A DNA stretch of 64,000 bases, from positions 1 through 64,000 of the forward strand of contig CAVXGR010000007.1 of the NCBI GenBank assembly GCA_963761335.1, given 5' to 3'. The notes beneath the pieces were generated by a model. That model ran no database searches. It had not been told where the DNA came from and saw only the letters and a list, made by a program, of their open reading frames with translations. The stretch's first letter is position 1. Every line of letters begins with the position of its first letter. A program made the translations under genes and the position numbers. Source of the stretch: an uncultured delta proteobacterium. Its GTDB lineage: Bacteria; Desulfobacterota; Binatia; HRBIN30; BPIQ01. This document shows, piece by piece, positions 52,957 through 64,000 of this stretch.

Positions 52957-53031
52957 ATGGGGACAGGCTACTTTTGCCCGTCGAAATTGCCGACGGCGAC
53001 GATCTCGTTCGCAAAAGTTGCCTGTCCCCAT
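52957..53031. repeat. Inverted repeat GGGGACAGGCTACTTTTGC..GCAAAAGTWGCCTGTCCCC, copy 1
   Basis: ~19-bp arms; second copy at 54933-55003. Confidence 0.85.
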
Positions 53032-53041
53032 GAAGCGCCCC

Positions 53042-54859
53042 CTACTCTTGCTCGGGGCTGCTGCTCGACAGTCGCCGGTTGAGGTCGTAGGCGGCGCTGA
53101 TCAGACCCAGATGCGTGAACGCCTGCGGGAAGTTGCCGAGGTGCTCGCCGCGCGGCCCGAGCTCTTCCGAGAAGAGGCCCAGGTGATTCGCGTAGCCGAG
53201 CGCCTTCTCGAAGTAGAAGCGCGCCTTCTGCAGATCGCCCCCGCGCGACAGGCACTCGACGTACCAGAACGAGCACATCGAAAACGTGCCCTCGTCGCCG
53301 GGCAGGCCGTCGGTGAACTGGTCGCCGAGGTTGTAGCGATAGACCAATGAGTCCGAGACCAGGCTCTTCTCGACGGCGCGCATGGTCGACAGCCAGCGCG
53401 GGTCGCGGGCGCCAATGAAGCGCACCAGCGGCATGAGCAGGCACGAGGCGTCGAGGGAACGGCTGTTGCGGTACTGCACGAAGGTTTGCAGATCGTCGTT
53501 CCAGAAGTCGGTGAAGATCTGGCCGTAGATGGCGTCGCGCTGCCTCTGCCAGCGCTCCAGCGGAGCCGGCAACGAGCGCTTCTGCGCCAGGCGCATGGCG
53601 CGGTCGAAGGCCACCCAGCACATGACGCGGGAGTAGAGGAACTCGTGCCGGCCGCCGCGCGTCTCCCAGATCCCTTCGTCGGGCTGCGACCAGTGATCGC
53701 AGAGCCAGTCGATGATCCGCACCAGGTTCGTCCACAGGTCGTGCGAGATCGGCTCGCCGTACTTGTCGTACAGGTAGACAGAATCCATCAGCTCGCCGTA
53801 GATGTCGAGCTGCAGCTGGCAGAAGGCGTCGTTGCCGTAGCGGACCGGACGCGAGCCGCAGTATCCCTCCAGATGCGGCAGCGCCTGCTCGGTGAGATCA
53901 TGGGCGCCGTCGATGCCGTAGAGAACCTGCAGCGAGCCGTCCGGCTCGAGCTCCGCACAGCGCGCCTCGATCCATTTCATGAAGGCGGCGGCCTCGTCGG
54001 TATAGCCGAGGCGAATGAGGGCGTAGAGCGTGAACGAGGCGTCGCGGATCCAGGTGTAGCGGTAGTCCCAGTTGCGCACGCCGCCGATCTTCTCGGGCAG
54101 GCCGAGCGTCGGCGCGGCGACGATCGAGCCGTACTCCTCGGAGACCAGCAGCTTCAGGGTGAGTGCCGAGCGATTGACCATGTCGCGCCAGCGGCCGCTG
54201 TAGCTCGAGCGCGCCACCCAGCGGCGCCAGAAGTTCGCCGTCTCCTTGAAGGAATCGGAGACGTAATCGGGCGCCGACGACGGCGACTCCTTTTGAGGCA
54301 GCGCCTCCTCCATGATGAAGGAGGCGGACTCATCGGCGCCCAGCTTGAACTCGGCGATGGCAGCGCCGTTCTCGATGCGCACCGGCACAGAGGTGCGCAG
54401 GCGCACCGCCCCGCCCTTGCCGTCGGAGATGAACAGCACCTCGCCGTCCTTCTTCTCGATCTGATGACCGGCGCGGGCGTAATCGAAGCGCGGCTCGAAG
54501 ATCATACGGTAGCGGATCTCGCCGCGCACCGTCTTCACCCGCCGCACGATGTCGTGCTGGTGGCCCATGCGCCGCAAGGGCATGAAGTCGGAGATCTCGG
54601 CGACGCCCTCCTCGGAAAGCGAGCGGGTGAGGAGGATGTTGGTGTCCGGCAGGTAGAGCTGCTTCTGCCGGGCGCGGTCGTCGAGGATGGGCGAGATGCG
54701 AAAGCGGCCGCCCTTCTCGTCATCGAGGATGGCCGCAAACACCGTCGGCGAGTCGAAGTGGGGGAAGGAGAGAAAATCGATCGAGCCGTCCTTGCCGACC
54801 AGTGCGACGGTGTGCAGATCGCCGATGATGCCGTAGTCTTCGATCGGCTGATACGCCAT
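53042..54859 (-). CDS. Glycoside hydrolase family 15 (glucoamylase/trehalase-like)
   Basis: IEDYGIIGD, RNWDYRYTWIRDA, QLDIYGE, DEGIWE and GNFPQAFTH motifs. Confidence 0.95.
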   Translation of the reverse strand: MAYQPIEDYGIIGDLHTVALVGKDGSIDFLSFPHFDSPTVFAAILDDEKGGRFRISPILDDRARQKQLYLPDTNILLTRSLSEEGVAEISDFMPLRRMGHQHDIVRRVKTVRGEIRYRMIFEPRFDYARAGHQIEKKDGEVLFISDGKGGAVRLRTSVPVRIENGAAIAEFKLGADESASFIMEEALPQKESPSSAPDYVSDSFKETANFWRRWVARSSYSGRWRDMVNRSALTLKLLVSEEYGSIVAAPTLGLPEKIGGVRNWDYRYTWIRDASFTLYALIRLGYTDEAAAFMKWIEARCAELEPDGSLQVLYGIDGAHDLTEQALPHLEGYCGSRPVRYGNDAFCQLQLDIYGELMDSVYLYDKYGEPISHDLWTNLVRIIDWLCDHWSQPDEGIWETRGGRHEFLYSRVMCWVAFDRAMRLAQKRSLPAPLERWQRQRDAIYGQIFTDFWNDDLQTFVQYRNSRSLDASCLLMPLVRFIGARDPRWLSTMRAVEKSLVSDSLVYRYNLGDQFTDGLPGDEGTFSMCSFWYVECLSRGGDLQKARFYFEKALGYANHLGLFSEELGPRGEHLGNFPQAFTHLGLISAAYDLNRRLSSSSPEQE

Positions 54860-54932
54860 ACCCAGACCTCCGCTTCCTTCCCCCCATTGTCGAGGCTGGC
54901 AGACGCCGGTTCAACCCCGCGTCGCCGCCCGG

Positions 54933-55003
54933 GGGGACAGGCTACTTTTGCGGCCGATCCGCAACCCGGCATATGCTTCGAGCGGCAAAAGTAGCCTGTC
55001 CCC
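54933..55003. repeat. Inverted repeat of the same family, copy 2
   Basis: Same arms as 52957-53031 with a different spacer. Confidence 0.85.
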
Positions 55004-55008
55004 ATCCA

Positions 55009-55746
55009 CTACGGCGTCTCCCCCGTCGCTTCGCGGAGGGCGCGGCGGGCGGTGCGGGTGACCACCACGGTGACGGCAATGGTGGCCGCCAGGCCGACGC
55101 CGAGAATGGCGTAGTAGGCGGCGCCCTTCTCGACGTGAGCGCCGCCCGCCAGAGCCGCGACGTCGCCGGCGAGCTTGCCGTAATACACGTAGAGGAGCGT
55201 CCCGGGCAGCATGCCGGCGGAGGCGATCACATAGTCGAGGAAGCGCACCTGGGTGAGGCCGAGGGCGTAGTTCAGGAGGTTGAAGGGAAAGACCGGGGAC
55301 AGGCGCAGCAGAAAGACGATCTTGCGCCCCTGAGCGCCGACGGCGCGGTCGATGGCGGCGAAGCGGCGGTTGCCGGCAAGGCGCCGCTCGACGGCACCAC
55401 GGGCCACATAGCGGGAAACGAGAAAGGCCGCCGCGGCCCCGAGGGTAGCGGCGATGAAGACGTAGATCGTCCCCTCGGCAATGCCGAAGATCGCCCCCGC
55501 CGCCAGTGTCAGGACTGACCCCGGAGCGAAGGCGACGACCGCGAGCGCATAGCCGGCGATGAACACCAGCGGTCCCCACACGCCCAGGCCGTCGACCCAG
55601 TCGGCGAAGCGCGGCACGTACGCCCCCAGCTGCCGCCCGAGGAAGACGACTGCTCCGATGGCCACCAGCACCATCGCCACCCTGGTTAGGGTTCGCGCCC
55701 CCCACCCGCCTTTTCCCAGCGTCGCTTCCTTCGCCACCTGCGCCAT
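55009..55746 (-). CDS. TVP38/TMEM64 (DedA/SNARE-associated) membrane protein
   Basis: PGSVLTLAAGAIFG and LLRLSPVFPFNLLNY motifs. Confidence 0.9.
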   Translation of the reverse strand: MAQVAKEATLGKGGWGARTLTRVAMVLVAIGAVVFLGRQLGAYVPRFADWVDGLGVWGPLVFIAGYALAVVAFAPGSVLTLAAGAIFGIAEGTIYVFIAATLGAAAAFLVSRYVARGAVERRLAGNRRFAAIDRAVGAQGRKIVFLLRLSPVFPFNLLNYALGLTQVRFLDYVIASAGMLPGTLLYVYYGKLAGDVAALAGGAHVEKGAAYYAILGVGLAATIAVTVVVTRTARRALREATGETP

Positions 55747-55794
55747 CTCCCCTCCGAGACTTAGAACCCGGCTTGGTGCGTATCGGTTCCCCAG

Positions 55795-56756
55795 TCACTC
55801 CTCTGCCGGATCACGGCCGAGAAAGCGAAAGGAGGCGTAGTCGGCGATGGCCCGGGCGCAGGTATTGTCGCTGTCGGTCATCACCGCCACCGCCAGTAGC
55901 GGCGCCGGCGAAGCACCGAAGAGCCGTTGGTGATCGGCGACGACGTCCACTTCCTCCTCGGTCCATTTCGGCATCGCTCCCCGCCCCATCGACACCATCA
56001 GGGCGTCGGCGGTGTAGGGATTCCTCCAGGTGGCGCCGCGCGGCTGGTCGCTGGACCACACGTAGTTGATCGCGTGCCCCGGCACCTCCTCACCGTAGAT
56101 CGCCGACGCCAGCCGGTGCTCGAGGCGCGCCAAGAACGAGGCGCGGCCCGAGTCGAAGCGAAACATGACGTACACGCGGGCGGCGAAGTCGTCACCCGAC
56201 CGGGCGCGCTCGCCCCCGACCGTCAGGCCGCGCTCGACCTTCCACGTCCAGCGCAGGCGCGGCGTGCGCTGCAGGTCGATCTCGGTCGCCGGCAGAGTCA
56301 ACGCCGAGGCGGAGCAGTCGCTGACGGCGCGCACCGCCTCGCGGCCGTCGAGGCGCACGGCGGTGTAGGTCGTGTGGCGCGCGATCTTGGGAAAGAGGAG
56401 CGGCTTCCACCCGTCGGTCCCGGGCGGCGGCAGCTCCACCACCGCGGCAGCCGCGCAGGCGCCGCTCGCCAGCAGCAGGAGCCCGAGACCGAGTAGTGTC
56501 CTAAATTCCCCCGACGCCGGATGTTGACGAGGGCGATTCGCTGTCTTCCGGTCGCTGTGGGCGTGGGCTCCCTCTCCCGCATTGCCGGCGGAAGAGGGCC
56601 GGGGTGAGGGCGCCGATCTCTTAGAACGCCGCGAGGATCCACCCGCTTTCAGCACCTTGTTCCTCTCCCGCAGGCAATGCGGGAGAGGAGACCCGGTGTG
56701 CGGCGCCGGAAACAGTTGCAGACGTCGAATTGGGACACTACCCGATACCGAGCCAT
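55795..56756 (-). pseudogene. DUF3047 secreted protein, interrupted in its signal peptide by a MITE
   Basis: PRLRWTWKV, GDDFAARVYV, INYVW and MTDSDNT. Removing 56496-56738 plus one TA restores MARYRVLGLGLLLLASGACAAA. Confidence 0.85.
56496..56738. mobile_element. MITE-like element, copy 5, with TA target-site duplication
   Basis: TA-GTGTCCTAAATT..AATTGGGACAC-TA. Confidence 0.85.
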
Positions 56757-56897
56757 TTGCTGGTTCCCCCTGGCGCCATTCCGCTCATGGTGTCGGACTT
56801 CGAGAGCGGATGAAAGAACTTTCGCCGCTCGGGCTTCTCCGTCGAGTGGGCGAGCACGGCCCTTGACCGCGGCGCCGGCGCAGCTACGCTGGCGGAG

Positions 56898-57947
56898 ATG
56901 ACGCTTCCGTCTCTTTCCCTCGGCCCCCTCCGCCTCGAGCACCCGGTGCTGGCGGCGCCGATCGCCGGCTTCACCGACGCCGTGTTCCGCGGCATCGTTC
57001 GCCGCTTCGGCGGTTGCGGGCTGATCTTCACCGAGATGATCTCCGCCGAGACCTGGGTGCGCGGCGCCGTCGAGCCGGAGCGCCTCGACGGGGTGGCCGA
57101 GGAGGAGCGCCCTTTGGGCGTGCAGCTCTGGGCCCGCGAGGCGGACCTGATCGAGGAAGCGGCGAGGCGGCTCGCGGCGCTGCGCGTCTCGCTCGTCGAC
57201 CTCAACTTCGGCTGCCCGGCCCGCCGCATCATGGGAAAGCACGGCGCCGGCGCGACGCTGCTGCGCGATCCGACGACCATCGGCCGCATGGTCGCCGCAG
57301 CGGTACGCGGCGCCGGGGGCATCCCGGTGACCGCCAAGATCCGCCTCGGGCAGTCGCTGCAGTCGCGCACCGCTCCCGAGGTGGCGCGCGCCGCCGAGGC
57401 CAATGGCGCGGTGGCCGTCACCGTGCACGGGCGCGCCGCCGATCAGAACTACGGCGTCCCCTGCCTGCTGGAGATGATCGCCGAGGTGGTCGCTTCGGTC
57501 TCCATTCCGGTCATTGCCAACGGCGACATCCGCGGCCCCGAGTCGGCCGAGCGCGCCATCGCCGCAACCGGCGCGCGCGGCGTGATGGTGGCGCGCGAGG
57601 CGCTGACGCGCCCATGGGTCTTCCGCGAGATCGCCGCCGCTCTGCGCGGCGAGCCGATTCCCGAGGCCCCGACGTTGGCGGAGCAGAAGGCGCTGCTGCT
57701 GGCGCATCACGGCGCCATGGCCGCCCGACAGGGCGATCGCCACGGGACCATCGTCATGCGCAAGTTCGCCAGCCGCTACCTTTCCGGCCTCCCCAACGGC
57801 GCCGCCTTCCGCAACGCCATCAACAAGGCCGAGTGCGGAGCCGAGTTCCGCGAGATCGTCGAGCGCTTCCTCGGCGGCGAGGTGCTGGACGGGCCGACCG
57901 CGGACGAGTCGCCCCTACCGGAGCTGCAGGAGTCGGCCTGCGCCTGA
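56898..57947 (+). CDS. dusB: tRNA-dihydrouridine synthase (DusB-like)
   Basis: TEMIS, DLNFGCP, VTAKIRLG, VHGR and IANGDI motifs. Confidence 0.85.
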   Translation: MTLPSLSLGPLRLEHPVLAAPIAGFTDAVFRGIVRRFGGCGLIFTEMISAETWVRGAVEPERLDGVAEEERPLGVQLWAREADLIEEAARRLAALRVSLVDLNFGCPARRIMGKHGAGATLLRDPTTIGRMVAAAVRGAGGIPVTAKIRLGQSLQSRTAPEVARAAEANGAVAVTVHGRAADQNYGVPCLLEMIAEVVASVSIPVIANGDIRGPESAERAIAATGARGVMVAREALTRPWVFREIAAALRGEPIPEAPTLAEQKALLLAHHGAMAARQGDRHGTIVMRKFASRYLSGLPNGAAFRNAINKAECGAEFREIVERFLGGEVLDGPTADESPLPELQESACA

Positions 57948-57960
57948 GAAGGGACCACCC

Positions 57961-58287
57961 GTGCCGACTCGCAGCTTCCGACCCTCCAAGCGCCGCCGCC
58001 CGCCCTCGCCCGACCAGGTGGATCAGGTGGTGCGCGACGCCAAGGCGGCGTCGCTGGCGCGCCAGCAGGGATACCGCGAGCGCTCGCTGGCGCTCCACGG
58101 CTGGATCTGCGCCAAGTGCGCGCGCGAGTTCGACCAGTCGAACCTGCACCTACTGACCGTGCACCACAAGGACGGCAACCACGACAACAACCCGCCCGAT
58201 GGCAGCAACTGGGAGAACCTCTGCACCTACTGCCACGACGACGAGCACAGCCGAGAGATCCTCGCCGACTATATCGCCGGAAAATGA
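57961..58287 (+). CDS. YajD-family HNH nuclease
   Basis: GYRERSL..WICAKCAREF..LTVHHKDGNHDNNPPDGSNWENLCTYCHDDEH. Confidence 0.9.
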   Translation: MPTRSFRPSKRRRPPSPDQVDQVVRDAKAASLARQQGYRERSLALHGWICAKCAREFDQSNLHLLTVHHKDGNHDNNPPDGSNWENLCTYCHDDEHSREILADYIAGK

Positions 58288-58517
58288 CGGTTCACGGGTT
58301 TTCGGGTTCCCGGGTCGGGGCAAACGAGAAGCGCCGTTCGGGGCGGGAAGAACGATTCCGCCCGCCCGCGGGCCAAGTAGAAGCGGCGTCTCGCCGCTTC
58401 GGGAAGTGCCGGGACGGCGCTTCTACCCAGCAATGATCCCGCTCCACAAACCGCCAACCCGAGAACCCGACAACTCGAAAGCTCGCAAACCCGCCCGGTG
58501 CCGCCGGCGCCGCGCGC

Positions 58518-59281
58518 TCAGCTGGTCAGGCGTTTGCGCATGCCGCGGCGCGCCCAGGCGAGAAGCAGCACCGAGAGGGCGACGATGTAGAAGAGATCCC
58601 AGAGATTGATCGCCGTCAGCTGGCCGCGAAAGGCGCTGCGCGCCATGCGCACGGGGTGCAGCAATGGGAGCCCCTCGGCAAGCCACAGCCAGGCGCCGGA
58701 GAGCCGCTCCTTCAGCGGAAAGAACACGTCGGAGAAGAGGAAGAGCGGCGTCAGGAAGAGGGTGAAGTAGAAGCTGAAGAGATCGATATTGGGAATGTGC
58801 AGGGTGAAGGCCAGGCCGATGGCGGCAAACATCAACCCGGTCAGCGGTATCAGCGGCAGCACCAGCAAGGACGACGGCATCGGTGCCAGCCCGAAGGCAA
58901 CCACGGCCAGGTAGAAGCAGCCGCCATAGATGCAGGAGCGGGTGGTCGCCCACAGCACCTCGCCAAAGAGAATGTCGGCGGGCTGCACCGGCGTCGTCAG
59001 CATGGCGTCGTACGCCTTCTCATAAACCAGGCGAACGTAGATGTTGTAGGTCACCTCGAAGCTGGAGCCGTTCATGGCGGCGACGCACACCAGGCCGGGC
59101 GCCAAGAAGTCGATGTACGGCATACCGCCCATCTGGTTGACGTAGGCGCCGACGCCGATGCCGATGGCGGCGAGGTAGAGAACCGGCTCGAAGAAGTTCG
59201 GCAGGATGTTCCACTTCCACGTGCGCCGGTACATCGAGGCATTGCGGCGCCAGACGGACAGAGCATGCGGCAACGAGACGT

Positions 59282-59285
<4 letters not shown>
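58518..59285 (-). CDS. ABC-2 exporter permease (NodJ-like)
   Basis: EPVLYL, YIDFLAPGL and YDAMLTTP motifs. Confidence 0.9.
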
Positions 59286-60205
<920 letters not shown>

Positions 60206-60292
60206 CGGCAGAGTGGTATCAGCGAATCGGGAATCTCGGAAGCCCTGGGGGGCCAAGCTACCAAGAACCTCGATTCTCTGCTGCGCGGTTTT

Positions 60293-60432
60293 CGTTCTCA
60301 TTCCCGGCTCTCATCCCGTCGTTTTCGTTGTTCTGCGAGCCACGTGAGGTCACTCAGCTGCGTAGGTCACCCGCGGCTGCCAGAGCGAATGGAAAACGAC
60401 GGGATGAGAGCCGGGAATGAGAACGGAGAATG
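60293..60432. repeat. Inverted pair of the same repeat family as 35150-35290
   Basis: TCTCATTCCCGGCTCTCATCCCGTCGTTTTC..GAAAACGACGGGATGAGAGCCGGGAATGAGA. Confidence 0.8.
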
Positions 60433-60653
60433 TGGAGGGGAACCTCTGGGTCCCTGGCCCCACTGGTCGGCTCTTCCCCCTTGGCCTTGCCTCGACACAG
60501 CCAATGGCCCGTCCCCCCATTGCCCCCCCGTTTGCGCTGACGGCGGCGATCGCGATAAGAGGCAAGATTCCCGGCCGGTGGCACCGCCGTGCATTCCAAG
60601 CACCGGCCCAATCGGAACAGACGGAGGTGACCGTGGCAAACAGCGCAGCAGCG

Positions 60654-61883
60654 ATGGCATCGGAATCGGGTGGCGCGGATCGTGAGACTCGGGCGCGCGA
60701 GTGGATTCGCATTCTCTCCGAGCTTCCGGAGCGCTGTGCCGGCACCCCCGCGGAGCGCGAGGCCGCGGAGCGCGTCGGCAGCTGGATGCGCGGCCTCGGC
60801 CTCGGCGAGCCGGCCACGGAGACCGTCGAGTCGCGGCCGCGGACCGGCTACGTGCTGGCTCTTCACGGCGGCCTGGCGGCACTCGCGTGCGCCTGGGGAG
60901 GCTTGGCGGGCGTGATCCTCGCGGCGCTGGCGGCGTGGTCCTTCCGCCGCGAGATGCGCCGCCAGAGGCCGACGCTTTCCCGCGTACTGCCCTCGCCGGA
61001 ATCAGTGAACGTCATCGCCCGCGCCGGGGCCACGGCTCCCCGCCGGCGGCTGATCCTCAGCGCCCACATCGATGCGGCGCAGGCCGGCTTTCTCTTCTCG
61101 CGCACCCTCGCCGATCTCTTCGCGCGCGGCGCCCGCAGGCGCGCCAAGGGCGCCGAGCCGCCGCCCGGGCCGCTGGCCCTTCCCGAGGGCCTGCTGCTCT
61201 CGGCCGTGCTGCTCACCACCGCCGCCTGGCTGGGAGCGCACGAATCGCTGCTGCTGCGCGCCGCGCTCGTGGTCACCGTGGCGGGGCTGCTGGTCACCTG
61301 CGCTTCCGGACTGGAGTGGGCCTTCGCCGCGGCCAGCCCTGGAGCGAACGACAACGCCTCGGCGGTGGCCGCCATGCTCACCTGCGCCGAGACCATGCTG
61401 GCGGAGCTGCCGGAAGACACTGAGCTGCTGGTGATCGGCACCGGGGCCGAGGAGGTCGGCTGCCGCGGCATGCAAGAGTATCTCGGACATCACCCCGACT
61501 GGCCCGAGGACAGCACCTTCTTCGTGAACTTCGAATGCGTCGGCGGCGGCGCCCTGCACTACATCCGCAGCGAGGGGGTCCTCACCAAGGGCGGCTATCC
61601 GCCGGTTCTCCTCGAGCTCGCCCGCCGCGTCGCCTCGACCGAGGAGTTCCGCGACGTCACCCCGACCGACCTGCTTGCCGGCACCGACGGCCACGTGCCC
61701 GCCGCCCATGGCTATCCGACGCTGTCGCTGATCTCCCTCGAGGCCAACGGCGTGCCCCGCAACTACCACCGTCCCGACGACGTCGTCGACGCCCTCGACA
61801 TGGGCACGGTGGTGCGCTCCGCCGACTTCGGCGCCGCCGTCGCCCGAGCCGCTCTGCGCGGACACGCCGGGCCGATCGGCTGA
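60654..61883 (+). CDS. Membrane-associated M28-family metallopeptidase
   Basis: SAHIDA, GANDNAS, GAEEVG, TDG and YHRPDD motifs. Confidence 0.85.
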   Translation: MASESGGADRETRAREWIRILSELPERCAGTPAEREAAERVGSWMRGLGLGEPATETVESRPRTGYVLALHGGLAALACAWGGLAGVILAALAAWSFRREMRRQRPTLSRVLPSPESVNVIARAGATAPRRRLILSAHIDAAQAGFLFSRTLADLFARGARRRAKGAEPPPGPLALPEGLLLSAVLLTTAAWLGAHESLLLRAALVVTVAGLLVTCASGLEWAFAAASPGANDNASAVAAMLTCAETMLAELPEDTELLVIGTGAEEVGCRGMQEYLGHHPDWPEDSTFFVNFECVGGGALHYIRSEGVLTKGGYPPVLLELARRVASTEEFRDVTPTDLLAGTDGHVPAAHGYPTLSLISLEANGVPRNYHRPDDVVDALDMGTVVRSADFGAAVARAALRGHAGPIG

Positions 61884-61887
61884 AGAC

Positions 61888-62037
61888 AGGTTGTTGGGTT
61901 GTTAGGTTGTTGAGTTGTTAGTTTCGGAAGAGTGCGGCTTTCGAGCGATGCCGTATTGAGGCGTTGAGGTGTTGGCTGTGACGATTTGCCTGGGGCAACT
62001 CCCGCGCCTAACAACCTAACAACCAACAGCCAACAAC
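61888..62037. repeat. Low-complexity 8-bp-period GGTTGTTR repeats with an inverted counterpart
   Basis: GGTTGTTGGGTTGTTAGGTTGTTGAGTTGTTAG versus CCTAACAACCTAACAACCAACAGCCAACAAC. Confidence 0.7.
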
Positions 62038-63032
62038 GTGCTCTTTACGTGGCTTCAGTTCGCCGTCTGCGCTGCTCTGATCTGGGCGGGCGGCATCCGG
62101 CTGTCGCGCTACGGCGACATCATCGCGGAGAAGACCGGCCTCGGGCGCACCTGGATCGGGCTGCTGCTGCTGGCCAGCGTGACCTCGCTGCCGGAGCTTC
62201 TCTCCGGCATCAGCGCCGTGCTCCTGGTCAAGGCCCCGGATATCGCCGTCGGCAACATTCTGGGCGCCTGCGTCATCAACCTCTTCATGATCGTCCTGCT
62301 CGATTTCCTCAACCGCGGCGAGTCGGTGTACACGCGCGCCAGCCAGGGACACATTCTCTCCGCCGGCTTCGGTATCGTGCTCCTTGGCCTGGTCGCCTTC
62401 AGCATCGTCGTCGGCGGGCGCGGCGGCGCGCCGGCGATCTTCCACGTCGGCATCAGCAGCCTGATCCTGCTCGCCGTCTACGTCCTGGCGATGCGCACCG
62501 TCTATCGCTACGAGCAGCGCCAGATCGCCGAGTTTCGCGCCGAGGCAACTGAGCTGTACGCCGACGTCAGCCTGGGAGATGCCCGCGCCGGGTTCATCCA
62601 GGCGTCGATCGTCGTGGTCGCAGCGGCTGTGTGGTTGCCCTTCGCCGGCGAGCGCATGGCGCAGATCATGGGATGGGACCAGACGTTCGTGGGGACGCTC
62701 TTCCTGGCGTTCGCCACCACCCTGCCCGAGATGGTGGTCACAGTCACCGCCCTGCGCATCGGCGCGCTCGACATGGCCATCGGCAATCTGTTCGGCAGCA
62801 ATCTCTTCAACATCGCCATCATCGGCGTCGACGACATCTTCTATTTCCGCGGCCCGATCTACGCCCACGTCTCGCAGCTGCACCTCGTTTCCGCCCTCTC
62901 GGCGATCATGATGACCGGGGTCGCCATCGTCGGCCTCCTCTACCGGCCGCGGCAGCGCGTCCTGCGCACCGTCGGCTGGGCGAGCCTGATGCTCCTGTCC
63001 CTGTATCTTCTGAACGTGCTGGTGCTCTACCT

Positions 63033-63045
<13 letters not shown>
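62038..63045 (+). CDS. Sodium:calcium antiporter (CaCA, YrbG-like)
   Basis: TSLPEL..GNILG and TTLPEM..GNLFGSN alpha-repeats. Confidence 0.9.

Positions 63046-64000
<955 letters not shown>

Noticed and set aside
61888..62037. AAC-rich tract as the missing DGR template repeat
   Set aside because: It has 8-bp periodicity and an inverted arrangement, no similarity to the DUF1566 or FGE 3' ends, and no RT nearby.

Overview
High-GC bacterial window; the gene content resembles Binatia/Myxococcota-like Deltaproteobacteria, but that taxonomy is inference only. (1) Positions ~160-21,700 form an almost entirely minus-strand accessory island. It carries two giant AAA_16/STAND-type ATPase-TPR proteins (one with two ATPase modules in tandem) with near-identical C-terminal output domains, two stand-alone mini-copies of that domain, and three copies of a conserved palindromic non-coding element. 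It also encodes secreted proteins: three tandem DUF1566/Lcl genes and an FGE-sulfatase/Mtd-like gene. The 3' ends of the DUF1566 genes show the codon pattern expected from diversity-generating-retroelement (DGR) mutagenesis, yet no reverse transcriptase or template repeat is visible here. (2) Positions ~22,000-64,000 are mostly metabolic and envelope genes: GST, a hexa-heme cytochrome P460-like lipoprotein, SDR, truncated HsdR, a collagen/S74 fibre protein, ltaE, a UbiB-like kinase, rpiA-zwf-opcA...pgl-glk split by an STT3/AglB oligosaccharyltransferase block, a MerA-like reductase, GH15, a Dus enzyme, an ABC exporter, an M28 peptidase, a CaCA antiporter and a P-type ATPase. Several MITE/REP-like repeat families are interspersed, one inserted in a gene with a TA duplication. 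Several 1-nt frameshifts and one scrambled ~900-bp stretch may be assembly errors. All family calls come from motif recognition by eye; no searches were run.
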